A stretch of 64,000 bases of DNA from Candidatus Omnitrophota bacterium (GTDB lineage Bacteria > Omnitrophota > Gorgyraeia > Gygaellales > Profunditerraquicolaceae), in contig JAHIKK010000112.1 of the NCBI GenBank assembly GCA_018897555.1, forward strand, positions 12,275 to 76,274. The letters are read 5' to 3'. The stretch's first letter is position 1. Each line of letters starts with the position of its first letter. Below the pieces are notes generated by a model that searched no databases, was not told the origin of the DNA, and was given only the letters and a program-made list of their open reading frames with translations. Both the position numbers and the translations under genes were made by a program. Shown piece by piece: positions 50,356 to 60,594 of this stretch.

Positions 50356-50896
50356 CTTTTTCCTCCATTTTGGCCCTGGCCTGCTTAACGAACTTAGCTT
50401 TCAACCCTAATTCTTTATTGATCACGCCCGTCAGTTTTTTATCATTGAGTATTTTTAAATTGATATCCACATTAAGACGGGCAGAGCAAAATGCCGACTC
50501 TAAAAATATTGCCGCTATGGCCATATCGCTGATTAAATTTACGTTTGTTTTTTTAATTAAAGGCGCCAGCATCTTTAACCCTTCGCAACAAAACCTGGCC
50601 AGCATTAAAGGCACATCCATTGCTTTCCGGGAATCCTTGCTCTTATATGCCAGAATATCTAAATCCACCAAATTTAAGAAATCATCTTTTAATTTATCTG
50701 ATTTTTTTAAAATCGTTTTGAGTTCTTTCTCATATTTAGAATATTTGGGCTTGCCCAAAGTGAAATTAATCACCATGCTCAGGAGGCTGGCACCCATAGC
50801 CGCATTCATTGCCGCGGCAGATCCGCCGCCGGGAGCAGGAAGCTTGGCGGAAAGGTCATTTAAGTATTTAGTTAAGCTTTGAGTTTTATATTCCAT
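50333..50896 (-). CDS. fchA: Methenyltetrahydrofolate cyclohydrolase / formiminotransferase-cyclodeaminase-family protein (FchA-like)
   Basis: LPAPGGGSAAAMNAAMGASLLSMV cyclodeaminase-domain motif; coupled to folD. Confidence 0.7.
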   Translation of the reverse strand: MEYKTQSLTKYLNDLSAKLPAPGGGSAAAMNAAMGASLLSMVINFTLGKPKYSKYEKELKTILKKSDKLKDDFLNLVDLDILAYKSKDSRKAMDVPLMLARFCCEGLKMLAPLIKKTNVNLISDMAIAAIFLESAFCSARLNVDINLKILNDKKLTGVINKELGLKAKFVKQARAKMEEKVGKVIRG

Positions 50897-50900
50897 GGTT

Positions 50901-51281
50901 TTACAGTGTAAAGTTTGCGTTTAATTCAAAAGCATCTTTAATTAAAGATATCTTCGGCAGATTATCCAAATACAGAAGCGACAACACATCAAAACGCGCT
51001 GAACGCTCCAGGAGATTATTGCTCTTCAAATAATAAATAGCGGCTTTGGAGATCTGCCTCTGTTTCCTGGCAAAAACCGCTTCTTCAGGAACCCCGAAAT
51101 TAGAGGAATGCCTGGCCTTAACCTCCACAAAACAAATAGTGCCCTTATCTTCTGCAATTATATCCACTTCGCCAAATTTAGTTCGATAATTACGCTGGAG
51201 AATCTTATAACCCTTAGTTTTTAGAAACTCCACTGCTGTTTTTTCTGCTTGCTTGCCAAACTCTATCCTTGTTTCAGGCAC
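50901..51281 (-). CDS. yraN: YraN-family (UPF0102) endonuclease
   Basis: GEVDIIA...CFVEVK motif; conserved rnhB-yraN neighbourhood. Confidence 0.8.
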   Translation of the reverse strand: MPETRIEFGKQAEKTAVEFLKTKGYKILQRNYRTKFGEVDIIAEDKGTICFVEVKARHSSNFGVPEEAVFARKQRQISKAAIYYLKSNNLLERSARFDVLSLLYLDNLPKISLIKDAFELNANFTL

Positions 51282-51877
51282 TTTAAAAAACTCTTTCTGT
51301 GAATAGCCGCAGGCCCAATTTGTCTTAAGATCTCCCGATGCCTTTGCGTGGGATAACCTTTATGCTGAATAAAACCGTATTGCGGATAAATTTTATGATA
51401 CGCATCCATAATCTGATCTCGCCGTACTTTAGCCAGTATGGATGCGGCGGCGATACTCAAAGATTTGCCATCCCCCTGAACAATACTCTGATAAGGCAGA
51501 TCCAGCTTAAGGCGCATATTTCCGTCAATAAGTACAAATACGCGTTCTAATTCTTGGGGTTTAAGCTGCTTGGTCAATTTAGAGATTGCCTTTTGCATGG
51601 CTAAGATTGTCGCTTGCAAAATATTAATCTGATCAATCTTAATATGGTTAACGGCGGCAATGGCATATAAAGATTTACTTTTTATTTCAAAAAACGCGTC
51701 TTTTCTTTGCGCCGGAGTTAATTTTTTAGAATCATCTATCCGATGAATAAATCGAAAATCCTTTAACCACACTGCCGCCGCTACTACCGGCCCGGCTAAA
51801 GGCCCTCGGCCTGCTTCATCCACGCCGATAATATAATCAAAACCCTTAAGCTTAAGCTTTCTTTCGTAGCAGAGCAC
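51263..51877 (-). CDS. rnhB: Ribonuclease HII
   Basis: GVDEAGRGPLAGPVV catalytic motif. Confidence 0.9.
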   Translation of the reverse strand: MLCYERKLKLKGFDYIIGVDEAGRGPLAGPVVAAAVWLKDFRFIHRIDDSKKLTPAQRKDAFFEIKSKSLYAIAAVNHIKIDQINILQATILAMQKAISKLTKQLKPQELERVFVLIDGNMRLKLDLPYQSIVQGDGKSLSIAAASILAKVRRDQIMDAYHKIYPQYGFIQHKGYPTQRHREILRQIGPAAIHRKSFLKCLKQG

Positions 51878-52234
51878 TTACTTAACTTTTTCTTCTTTGC
51901 TTTCTATTTTAGTGGCATGTTTGCCAATCTTCCCTCTTAAATAGTAAAGCTTAGCCCTTCTAACCTTACCAAAACGGATAATCTCAATGCGGTCAATAAC
52001 CGGAGAATAAAGCGGAAACACCCGCTCCACCCCCTCACCGGAAGAAACTTTCCTCACGGTAAAATTAATTTTGCTGCCTGATCCACTCTTCGCAATCACC
52101 ACACCCTCAAAAGGATGCAGGCGGAATTTATCCGGGCCTTCGGGAATTCTGGTAAGCACCTTAACCGTGTCTCCGACATTAATCGCCGGCATCTCTTTCT
52201 TAGTAAACCCTGCCTCAATTGATTTAATATCCAT
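51878..52234 (-). CDS. rplS: 50S ribosomal protein L19
   Basis: 118 aa, L19 signature (FKVGDTVKV..., RRAKLYYLR). Confidence 0.9.
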   Translation of the reverse strand: MDIKSIEAGFTKKEMPAINVGDTVKVLTRIPEGPDKFRLHPFEGVVIAKSGSGSKINFTVRKVSSGEGVERVFPLYSPVIDRIEIIRFGKVRRAKLYYLRGKIGKHATKIESKEEKVK

Positions 52235-52249
52235 TACTGTTGCTCCTTT

Positions 52250-54039
<1,790 letters not shown>

Positions 54040-54075
54040 TTATAATGAACTGTGGTGAAACTCATACGCGTCTGT

Positions 54076-54218
54076 CTTGTCTTGTTCCTCCGCGCACCGC
54101 TTGAGCCGCCCCAGCGTGGCGGCTCTACGCTCGAGCAGAATCTTGCGCTCCCCGCCAAGAATCGTGGCGGGACCGTGCCCGCGCAAGATTCTTAACGTGC
54201 GCTCCGGAACAAGCCAAG
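54076..54218. repeat. ~145-nt GC-rich rod-like palindromic element (MITE-like or 6S-like structured RNA)
   Basis: Closing arms cttgtcttgttcctccgcgcac / gtgcgctccggaacaagccaag (about 19 of 22 positions complementary) enclosing nested hairpins gagccgcc-N7-ggcggctc, agaatcttgcgc...gcgcaagattct, cccgcca-N7-tggcggg; the 60-aa track ORF inside (54040-54222) is probably not coding. Confidence 0.4.
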
Positions 54219-54310
54219 CCATCCGCTAAATCAAGAGTGTCCCCTTTTAAAACGTCCCCCGATTCCATACTGTTCTCCGCCAAAGCAACTATTAATTATT
54301 TTTATCGATC

Positions 54311-55102
54311 TTATTTAATTCTAGAAAAATCAATCGGTATCCGTTTCTCCTCGTTTTCATAAATAACCACAATTTCATACTTTGACGATAAATTAATATC
54401 ACTGTAATTGTATAAATGGCTAGGTTTCTGCACTGATAAACCGACAACGTCACTGCTATCTATCTTCAAATCTTTGCGATATTGTTCAGCGATCTTGTTT
54501 GCCATCTCCATTGTTTGCTTCACGACAGCATTAGCGGTTTCCTGCCAGTTGTTCTGGACACCCAACAGATGAGAGTAAGAATATGGGCTTTTGTCATTGT
54601 ATAATGGGTTCGATTCAGCTTCTTGAACTTTGATGCCATCTTTGAGCAAAACAAAATTTACTTTACTCTGAAATGCATATAATCCAGCGCCAACTGGGTT
54701 AACCTGCTCTACTGTCTCAATGTGAAATGTCGGCAGCGTTGCAAGAAAGTTAACGTAGTCCATATCTATTGCTTCATAATTCTTTGTTTGCTTGGCTGCG
54801 TAATCAGCAATCAAATAATAATTAGAGCAAATCAATATGTAGACTTGACGTATACCACCCAAGAAATTAGTAATGTTTTTTGAGTATATGAAAGCGTAAT
54901 TGATAACATCTGGCTTTAATCTGTTCTTCTTACCAAAGTCAATAGCTTCCTGTATCTGCTCTGGCGATAAACGAGCGATTAAGCCATTCTTATAATTCTT
55001 TAACGTTGCAGGACGCTGGCCTCTAATATATGTTTCCCTCATAGAAAAACCGCAGCCACTTACAAAAATGCTCAAGGTCACAATAAAAATAAGTCTCCTC
55101 AT
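54311..55102 (-). CDS. Hypothetical lipoprotein
   Basis: Signal peptide with lipobox VSGC; 263 aa, no recognised family. Confidence 0.45.
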   Translation of the reverse strand: MRRLIFIVTLSIFVSGCGFSMRETYIRGQRPATLKNYKNGLIARLSPEQIQEAIDFGKKNRLKPDVINYAFIYSKNITNFLGGIRQVYILICSNYYLIADYAAKQTKNYEAIDMDYVNFLATLPTFHIETVEQVNPVGAGLYAFQSKVNFVLLKDGIKVQEAESNPLYNDKSPYSYSHLLGVQNNWQETANAVVKQTMEMANKIAEQYRKDLKIDSSDVVGLSVQKPSHLYNYSDINLSSKYEIVVIYENEEKRIPIDFSRIK

Positions 55103-55260
55103 TTCTCCCTCTCTACAATTTAGTAGACCTCATTTAACACAGAATGAGGTTAGAATACCTTGCTCTACGCAAAAACTATAATAAAAAATTATCATTCTTG
55201 TAAATCTAAGTTCTGAAAACTTTTCTCCAAGTATCATAATTCCCAATTTTCCTCTTCTGA

Positions 55261-55327
55261 AAATAAAGAGACCGTTTCTATTTTTCTTGGGCCCGATTCT
55301 AGTAAAATAGAAACGGTCCCTTTATTC
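55261..55327. repeat. Inverted pair of the 'aaaatagaaacggtccc' repeat family forming a ~17-bp hairpin; probable bidirectional terminator
   Basis: aaataaagagaccgtttctatttt-[19-nt loop]-aaaatagaaacggtccctttattc; on the minus strand followed by a T-rich tract; sits 3' of the PH-domain protein gene. Confidence 0.6.
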
Positions 55328-55334
55328 ATTACTA

Positions 55335-55874
55335 TTATTTGTGCAATATATCAGAAATCTTTAGGTGGACGTCTTTAGGATTCTTTATGTCAATCCAAGT
55401 TAATTCTTTTACTGGTCCTCCAGCAGTATCAAATAGAATATTCCCGATTTTAGTGTTATACCATAAAACATTCACTTCGATATTCTGCACTTTGCTCAAG
55501 GGGCATTCTTTGTATGTCTTACCAATCATACCTCTTTGGGTAATAATTCTTTTATTAGTAATAGCATATATTGTGTTCTTCCATTGAGAGCGATTGATGA
55601 AAAAAGTTATAACCGTAATAACCCAAAACGGGGTCCAGAATAGGGAAATAATAGTAAATAATGATGTTGCGCCAAAAAAAGAACCCATAAATGGCCTTAC
55701 TTCAAAATACAATTTTTCTTCTGGAAGTAATGTGCCAAGGGACAATATTTTTGGAGTTATATAATGAAATTCTTTATGGATTTCCTTGGCTGAACCTTCA
55801 AGAGAACTTCCACAATGTTTACACTTAATGGCCTCATCCTGTATTTCTTCTGCGCAAAAAGGACATTTTTTCAT
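55335..55874 (-). CDS. Zinc-ribbon + membrane-anchored bacterial PH (bPH_2/YdbT-like) domain protein
   Basis: N-terminal CPFC...CKHC zinc ribbon, TM hairpin, C-terminal PH-like domain. Confidence 0.5.
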   Translation of the reverse strand: MKKCPFCAEEIQDEAIKCKHCGSSLEGSAKEIHKEFHYITPKILSLGTLLPEEKLYFEVRPFMGSFFGATSLFTIISLFWTPFWVITVITFFINRSQWKNTIYAITNKRIITQRGMIGKTYKECPLSKVQNIEVNVLWYNTKIGNILFDTAGGPVKELTWIDIKNPKDVHLKISDILHK

Positions 55875-55940
55875 TTCATATTCTCCTTTCTTAAATAATA
55901 TTAGAAAACCTCGCTCTACACCAATTAAATGTACTGCTTA

Positions 55941-56027
55941 GCGGGTGGCTTGGGTGTTTTCGACGCGCGTCAGCGCTAGAAAATACCCAAGACAGCCTGC
56001 CCGCCAATCTTTATGGCGGGGACCCGC
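55941..56027. other. GC-rich structured element B (gcgggtggc...ggcggggacccgc), related to element A; contains a cccgcc-aatctttat-ggcggg hairpin
   Basis: Same gcgggtgRc / gRcRgg(g)acccgc closing motif as 23589-23655; nested 13-bp stem cttgggtgttttc/gaaaatacccaag around palindrome gacgcgcgtc; lies in the queA 3' UTR and upstream of the PH-protein gene. Confidence 0.35.
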
Positions 56028-57019
56028 TAAATGATCAGCATTGCATCACCGTAGCTATAAAATCTATACTTCTTATCCACTGCTTCTTGATATGCCTTGG
56101 TCATTAAATCTTTGCCGCCAAATGCACAAACCAGCATGAACAGAGTAGTCATCGGAAGATGAAAATTGGTCAGCAGGCAATCTACTGATGCGAATTTGTA
56201 ACCCGGATAGATAAATAAATCTGTATTGCCTTCTTTACGGCCAGAGGCATAAGTTTCCAAAGCCCTCAGGCTGGTGGTGCCCACAGCAATAATGCGGCCT
56301 TTATCCGCTTTTACTTTAGCCAGCGCGGCAATAGTTGCATCAGGAACTAAGAAATATTCCGGCTCCATTTTGTGCTCAGTGATATTTTCGCATTTAACCG
56401 GACGGAAAGTGCCTAACCCCACATGTAATGTAACATAACCCAGATTAACGCCAACTGCCTGGATTTGTTTAAGCGATTCTGGCGTAAAATGCAGGCCGGC
56501 AGTAGGCGCAGCAAGCGCCCCTTCATTTTTTGCGTAAACCGTCTGATAATAAACTGTATCTAAATCCTCAGGATCACGTTTAATATAAGGCGGCAGAGGA
56601 ACAATCCCAAAGTTATAAATCATATCCGCATCCGTCTGCTTGAAACTAATCTGCCCCCGGCTGCTTAAAATTCCGGTAACCTTGCCGGAAGCAAAAATAA
56701 TCTTTTCACCGACTTTTGTGCGGCTGGGCTGAACCAGGCAGGAAAAAGTTGTGCCGTTAATCCGGCGGGTGAGTAAAATTTCAACTCTTCCGCCGGTTAT
56801 TTTATTCCCCATTAAACGACAGTGCAAAACCTTAGTATCATTAAGCACCAACAAATCATTTTTTCTAAAAAATCCGGCAATCTCCTTAAATACTTCGTGG
56901 CTGATCGTGCCGGTTTTTCGATTGACGATTAAAAGGCGGGCCTGGCCTCTATCTTCCAAAGGATATTGAGCAATCAGTTCCTTAGGCAGCGGATAATCAA
57001 ATTCAGTAAGTTTTAGCAT
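56027..57019 (-). CDS. queA: S-adenosylmethionine:tRNA ribosyltransferase-isomerase
   Basis: MLKLTEFDYPLPKELIAQYP canonical QueA N-terminus; the track's TTG-extended start lies inside the upstream hairpin repeat and is rejected. Confidence 0.9.
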   Translation of the reverse strand: MLKLTEFDYPLPKELIAQYPLEDRGQARLLIVNRKTGTISHEVFKEIAGFFRKNDLLVLNDTKVLHCRLMGNKITGGRVEILLTRRINGTTFSCLVQPSRTKVGEKIIFASGKVTGILSSRGQISFKQTDADMIYNFGIVPLPPYIKRDPEDLDTVYYQTVYAKNEGALAAPTAGLHFTPESLKQIQAVGVNLGYVTLHVGLGTFRPVKCENITEHKMEPEYFLVPDATIAALAKVKADKGRIIAVGTTSLRALETYASGRKEGNTDLFIYPGYKFASVDCLLTNFHLPMTTLFMLVCAFGGKDLMTKAYQEAVDKKYRFYSYGDAMLII

Positions 57020-57030
57020 ATTTAAAACTA

Positions 57031-57090
57031 GGGGACGGTTCTGTTTTTCCGAATACAATTTTAGAAAAACAGAACCGTCCCCATTATTTA
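57031..57090. repeat. Inverted pair of the repeat family (ggggacggttctgttttt / aaaaacagaaccgtcccc-attattta) forming an 18-bp hairpin between the GH gene and queA
   Basis: Perfect 18-bp stem with 16-nt loop; tail attattt matches family consensus. Confidence 0.6.
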
Positions 57091-58266
57091 ATTCAGGTAG
57101 CCGATAACTTGATCGGTTAAATCGTCAATGGAATAGAGGACTACGCCGTCGGGAGCCAGATCATTAATCAAACGAAGTTGATTAGAAAACAGGTCCGGAT
57201 TGTCTTTCATTAAGAACACCCCCATACCGACATAAATTTTCCCTTTGCCGCGATGGCCCAGGCTGCTCTTTACCACTTCTTTAGCAAACTGATTATCCTT
57301 AGTATAAGACATCAATACCACATAATCAATAATCCCCTCTTCTAACCAACCCGACCAATCCTGGAAGGCGTTGCTATAGGCGCGCTCAGTAACCGGAATA
57401 ACCGCGCAGGAGACCGCTAAACCGGGGGATTTAACTTTAACTAAACTGGTGATTTTACGCAATAAATCCGTAACCTGCTGGCGTTTCCAGTTATCCCAGG
57501 CCAAATACTCATCTTCATTGTTCAGCGTATCTAAAGCATTAATCCCGGTTTTATCGCGAAATCTCTCTATATTCATCAGCCCATAACCATAGGTTAAACC
57601 GAATTTATTAAACCTTGAACCCGGGACAAACGGAATAGGCGATGGATAACGCAGATAATCTAAGTGTATCCCGCTAAATAACGGATAACGGTTAATAATT
57701 TCATTAATAATCGTGAGTATGTACGTTTCTACCCTGGTGTCCCCCGGCTCTAAAAATATCATATCTTCTCTTAAATAATATTTATCCAACTCCGTGCTGG
57801 TAGAAATCTTCGAAGGCCTTTGATACTGATCGCGGGTAAGAATGGAACTGCCGTACTTATTCAGAATATCCGCTTTTTCGTTTTTCCCCAATCCTAAGAT
57901 GTTCACCCAGGCAAAAACTTTAATATTGTTCTGCCCGGCCTCTCTAAGCAATAAATCCAGCGTATCCAACCCGGCGGAGGCAACCATCTGGTCATATTTT
58001 GTTTTGTCAGCAATCCTCGAATCATAATAAGCATTACCCGACTGAAAAATCTGCAGATAAATCTCATTAATTTTAGCCTTATTACATTGCGCGATCAAAT
58101 TATGCACACCGGCTTCAGAATAAAGCATTTTTTTAGCGGAAAACACCGACACCCAAATACCTCGAGGAACAGCCGGCTTAACCGGAATCGGCTGATCTTC
58201 GGCTAAGGCCAATCTAAAGCTGAATAAATAACAGATTAGTAATAGAGTTAATGTTTTATGCTTCAT
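57088..58266 (-). CDS. Secreted glycoside-hydrolase-like protein (GHL10/DUF187-type TIM barrel)
   Basis: Signal peptide, conserved GIWVSVF...NEIYLQIF block. Confidence 0.5.
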   Translation of the reverse strand: MKHKTLTLLLICYLFSFRLALAEDQPIPVKPAVPRGIWVSVFSAKKMLYSEAGVHNLIAQCNKAKINEIYLQIFQSGNAYYDSRIADKTKYDQMVASAGLDTLDLLLREAGQNNIKVFAWVNILGLGKNEKADILNKYGSSILTRDQYQRPSKISTSTELDKYYLREDMIFLEPGDTRVETYILTIINEIINRYPLFSGIHLDYLRYPSPIPFVPGSRFNKFGLTYGYGLMNIERFRDKTGINALDTLNNEDEYLAWDNWKRQQVTDLLRKITSLVKVKSPGLAVSCAVIPVTERAYSNAFQDWSGWLEEGIIDYVVLMSYTKDNQFAKEVVKSSLGHRGKGKIYVGMGVFLMKDNPDLFSNQLRLINDLAPDGVVLYSIDDLTDQVIGYLN

Positions 58267-58798
58267 TTCTCTCCATAATCCGCGGCGGCATTGAGTATTT
58301 ACAACCGCAATATTTCTGGCGATAGATACCTTGACGCTTAGCTTCTATCTGCGCCTGCTTAAAACCAAGGCGGAAATCTTCATAATAAAAATCTATACCT
58401 ACTTCTTGGCCAATTTGACAGCCTAATTGTTTAAGCAACTCATGATTCTGATATGGACTGGCCAATAAGGTGGTACTAAATACTTTAAAACCGCCTTGCT
58501 TAGCCTGCCTGGCAGTTTTGCGCAAACGCAACGACCAACAGATTGCGCACCGGCCAAGCAGTAATTCCGGAGTATTAATTGCCTGAAAAAAATCGTTTTC
58601 TTCATGCTCCGGATACTCTACAACCAGGGAAAATTCCTGACTAAGAATCTTTAAGGCTTCAACACGCCGGTGGTATTCACTAACCGGGTAAATATTAGGA
58701 TTATAATAAAATCCGCTAATTTTAAATCCCTGATCTTTTAACCTGCTAAAAGGATAAATTAAACAAGGCCCGCAGCAGATGTGCAGCAGGATATCCAT
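58256..58798 (-). CDS. queH: Epoxyqueuosine reductase QueH (DUF208)
   Basis: MDILLHICCGPC N-terminal Cys motif and conserved C-terminal Cys pair typical of QueH. Confidence 0.75.
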   Translation of the reverse strand: MDILLHICCGPCLIYPFSRLKDQGFKISGFYYNPNIYPVSEYHRRVEALKILSQEFSLVVEYPEHEENDFFQAINTPELLLGRCAICWSLRLRKTARQAKQGGFKVFSTTLLASPYQNHELLKQLGCQIGQEVGIDFYYEDFRLGFKQAQIEAKRQGIYRQKYCGCKYSMPPRIMERNEA

Positions 58799-58805
58799 AA
58801 CTTTA

Positions 58806-59858
58806 CTAAAAGATCTCTTCTTGTTGCTCTTGATTGAACTTTAAACCAAAATGCTCAAAAGCCTTCCGGGTAGCTAAGCGGCCCCGCGAAGTACGTTTTA
58901 AATACCCCGCCATTAAAAGATACGGCTCGACCGCATCCTCAATCGTATCCACCTCTTCATTGAGGCTGGCAGCTAAAGACTCAATCCCTACCGGCCCGCC
59001 GCCAAATGACTCCAGAATTAACTTTAAAACCTTACGATCCAAATCATCAAAACCTGCCTGGTCAATACCCAGCTCATCAAGGATCTTGGAAGCTGCTGCC
59101 TGATCTACATTTTGAATTTTTAAAACCTGGGCGTAATCCCTCACCCGGCGCAAGAGCCGATTGGCGATACGCGGAGTCCCCCGGGAGCGTTTGGCAATCT
59201 CTAAAGTTGCCGCCGCATTAATTTTTACCGATAATAACTGGCTGGAATTTTTTATAATTTTAGCCAAATCTTCCAGCTTGTAGAAATCCAGGCTATAAAA
59301 TATGCCAAACCTGCTTCTTAACGGAGCAGCTAAAAGCCCGGTGCGCGTAGTGGCACCGATTAAAGTAAACGGCTTAAGGTTAAACTTGATGGTCTTAGCG
59401 TATGGCCCTTTATCAATAATAAAATCAATCTGGAAACTTTCCATTGCCGGATACAAAAATTCTTCCACCACTTTGGACATGCGATGTATCTCATCAATAA
59501 ACAGGACGTCTCCGCTCTCCAAATTGGTCAGTATACCGATTAAATCTCCGGCCCGCTCAATCGCCGGGCCGCTGGTGGCGGTAATTTTAGCGCCCATCTC
59601 ATGCGCGATAATATGCGACAGGGAAGTTTTACCCAACCCCGGAGGCCCGCTTAAAAGTACATGTTCTAAGGGCTCTTTTCTCTCTTGAGCTGCCTGAATG
59701 GCAATTTTTAAATTATCCACAATATCCTGATGGCCGACAAACTCACCAAACTTCTTGGGCCTTAAGGATATATTTAAAACTACATCCTCTTCGGATTCCT
59801 TGATATCCGTATTAATGGAATCAGCTTTCAGCAGTGTGTGCCTGGTCTCTTCGCTCAT
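58806..59858 (-). CDS. ruvB: Holliday junction branch-migration ATPase RuvB
   Basis: AAA+ Walker A GPPGLGKTSL, RuvB winged-helix C-terminus. Confidence 0.95.
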   Translation of the reverse strand: MSEETRHTLLKADSINTDIKESEEDVVLNISLRPKKFGEFVGHQDIVDNLKIAIQAAQERKEPLEHVLLSGPPGLGKTSLSHIIAHEMGAKITATSGPAIERAGDLIGILTNLESGDVLFIDEIHRMSKVVEEFLYPAMESFQIDFIIDKGPYAKTIKFNLKPFTLIGATTRTGLLAAPLRSRFGIFYSLDFYKLEDLAKIIKNSSQLLSVKINAAATLEIAKRSRGTPRIANRLLRRVRDYAQVLKIQNVDQAAASKILDELGIDQAGFDDLDRKVLKLILESFGGGPVGIESLAASLNEEVDTIEDAVEPYLLMAGYLKRTSRGRLATRKAFEHFGLKFNQEQQEEIF

Positions 59859-60594
59859 AAGGAATAATGTTTTCTTTGTTCCTGGACATAATTATATCTT
59901 CAAATTCCACGTCTTGACGGGCAATAATTTCTTTCATTTTGGCCAGCTCCAGGATGGCTAAAAAGATCACCACAATCTCCATCTTGCTTTTAGTCTTGGA
60001 GAATAGCTCCGAAAGCTTAATTTCTGTTTGTACCAGCAGCAGGTGCAGGATATCATGGACTTTTTGCTCAACCGTATACTGATCCTTGATCACCTCATAA
60101 AAAACTTCGCGGGGTATATCTTTTAAAGCCTGAGAAAAAGCATTAATCAAATCAAAAATGTTGGCCTCAAAATATTTATCCACCTGCTTATCGAACGCTT
60201 TACTCTGGGCCGCTTCTTCGGTTTTCGGGCGCTTAAAAACTTCCTGCTGGCTAGCTTCCCTTTGCTTTAAATTTTCAGCGATTTGTTTAAACTTTTCATA
60301 CTCTAGCAGCCTTTTGACCAACTCCGCGCGCGGATCCTCCTGTTCTTCTAAAACCGCCAACTCTTCTGCCGGAAGCAACATTTTGGATTTTATCTGCATC
60401 AGCGTGGCCGCCATTACCAGAAATTCTCCTACAATATTTAAATCCAAAAGTTGCATCAAATTAATATACTCTAAGTATTGTTGAGTGACTTTGGCAATCG
60501 GAATATCGTAAATATTAAGGTGGTCTTTTTTGACTAAATATAATAACAGGTCTAACGGACCCTCAAACATATCCAGGCGGATTTTATAGTTCAT
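59821..60594 (-). CDS. scpA: Segregation and condensation protein A
   Basis: FEGPLDLLLYLVKKDHLNIYDIPIA ScpA N-terminus. Confidence 0.85.
   Translation of the reverse strand: MNYKIRLDMFEGPLDLLLYLVKKDHLNIYDIPIAKVTQQYLEYINLMQLLDLNIVGEFLVMAATLMQIKSKMLLPAEELAVLEEQEDPRAELVKRLLEYEKFKQIAENLKQREASQQEVFKRPKTEEAAQSKAFDKQVDKYFEANIFDLINAFSQALKDIPREVFYEVIKDQYTVEQKVHDILHLLLVQTEIKLSELFSKTKSKMEIVVIFLAILELAKMKEIIARQDVEFEDIIMSRNKENIIPYERRDQAHTAES

Noticed and set aside
54040-54222. 60-aa ORF (MAWLVPERTLRILRGHGPATILGGERK...) in the ORF track
   Set aside because: Lies entirely within the GC-rich palindromic element, has Arg/Gly/Ala-rich composition typical of GC artefacts, and no RBS. Treated as non-coding.
55941-56027. 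Possible tRNA (7-bp acceptor-like gcgggtg/cacccgc closing stem, ~87 nt)
   Set aside because: Internal helices are 13 bp and there is no T-loop (GTTCRANYC) or D-loop consensus. Does not fold as a cloverleaf.
56027-57058. TTG-initiated 343-aa version of queA
   Set aside because: The first 13 codons are the arm and loop of the hairpin repeat. The canonical QueA N-terminus MLKLTEFDYPLP starts at 57019.
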